DNA of 64,000 bases. It comes from Sphyrna mokarran (taxonomy: Eukaryota). Positions within the stretch are counted from its first letter, which is position 1; each line of letters opens with the position of its first letter. The stretch covers positions 87,358,001-87,422,000 of the forward strand of contig JAGIQG010000012.1 in NCBI GenBank assembly GCA_024679065.1, given 5' to 3'. The notes beneath the pieces were generated by a model. That model was given only the letters and a program-made list of their open reading frames with translations, was not told where the DNA came from and did not search any database. Of this stretch, positions 63,544 to 64,000 are shown piece by piece. The position numbers and the translations under genes were made by a program.

Positions 63544-63564
63544 AAAGTTCCACTCTTATATAAG

Positions 63565-63825
63565 TTTTAGTTTTATTTATTAGTGTCACAAGCAGACTTA
63601 CATTAACACTGCAATGAAGTTATTGTGAAAATCCCCGAATATCCACACACCGGCACCTGTTCAGGTAACACTCAGGGTGAATTTAACAAGGCCAGTGCAC
63701 CCTAATCAGCACGTCTTTCAGACTGTGGGAGGACACCAGAGCACCCAGACAAACCCACGCAGACAATGACCCAAGTTGGGAATCAAACCCAGGTCCCTGG
63801 AGCTGTGCCACAGACTGTAGTTGTA
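63565..63825 (-). mobile_element. Degenerate HE1/V-SINE-like element
   Basis: The - strand reads CAGGGACCTGGGTTTGATTCCC..GGGTGCTCTGGTGTCCTCCCACAGTC. Confidence 0.65.
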
Positions 63826-63910
63826 AAATTGCTTCCCACTCCCCTCCCTCGCCAATACCTATCCTCCTGAGGCCATTCATCTTCTAACCCCAGGGATCCT
63901 GAGTTCCTAC

Positions 63911-64000
63911 CTGAGATGCACTGTCCGAATGTGTCTCCGGATTCCAACAGTGGATGAGAGGAGTTTTTGGCAGCTTGGCCACATGCAGCGATACAGCATC
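63911..64000 (-). CDS. ZNF395: ZNF395/ZNF704/SLC2A4RG-family gene, C2H2 zinc-finger exon (partial: MLYRCMWPSCQKLLSSTVGIRRHIRTVHL)
   Basis: C-x4-C-x12-H-x4-H finger typical of this family. Donor AG|GTAGGA is phase 2 and matches the exon starting at 61400. Paralog assignment is tentative. Confidence 0.8.

Overview
Eukaryotic, repeat-rich vertebrate DNA. The CR1 LINEs with (TTCTATG)n tails, the HE1/V-SINE-type SINEs and the Penelope elements point to a shark or other elasmobranch. Most entries in the ORF track are transposon remnants. By reading splice sites by hand I reconstructed a tandem cluster of non-rearranging, germline-joined V-J immunoglobulin-superfamily receptor genes on the + strand. 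Gene A (5' part outside the window; V/J exon end at 1-31, TM exon 5165-5315, cytoplasmic exons to 15835) ends in an ITIM-like plus ITSM inhibitory tail. Gene B (27591-42065, 248 aa once repaired) has near-identical TM and proximal exons but a non-homologous tail carrying a canonical ITAM, and its V exon is broken by a young CR1 inserted in the YYC motif. Gene C (52605-52656) is an orphan leader exon. Together these look like a paired inhibitory/activating antigen-receptor-like system built by duplication and tail-cassette exchange. The right end holds the last coding exons of a convergent ZNF395/ZNF704/SLC2A4RG-family gene (C2H2 finger plus C-clamp, - strand). The gene models come from reading the sequence and have no transcript support.
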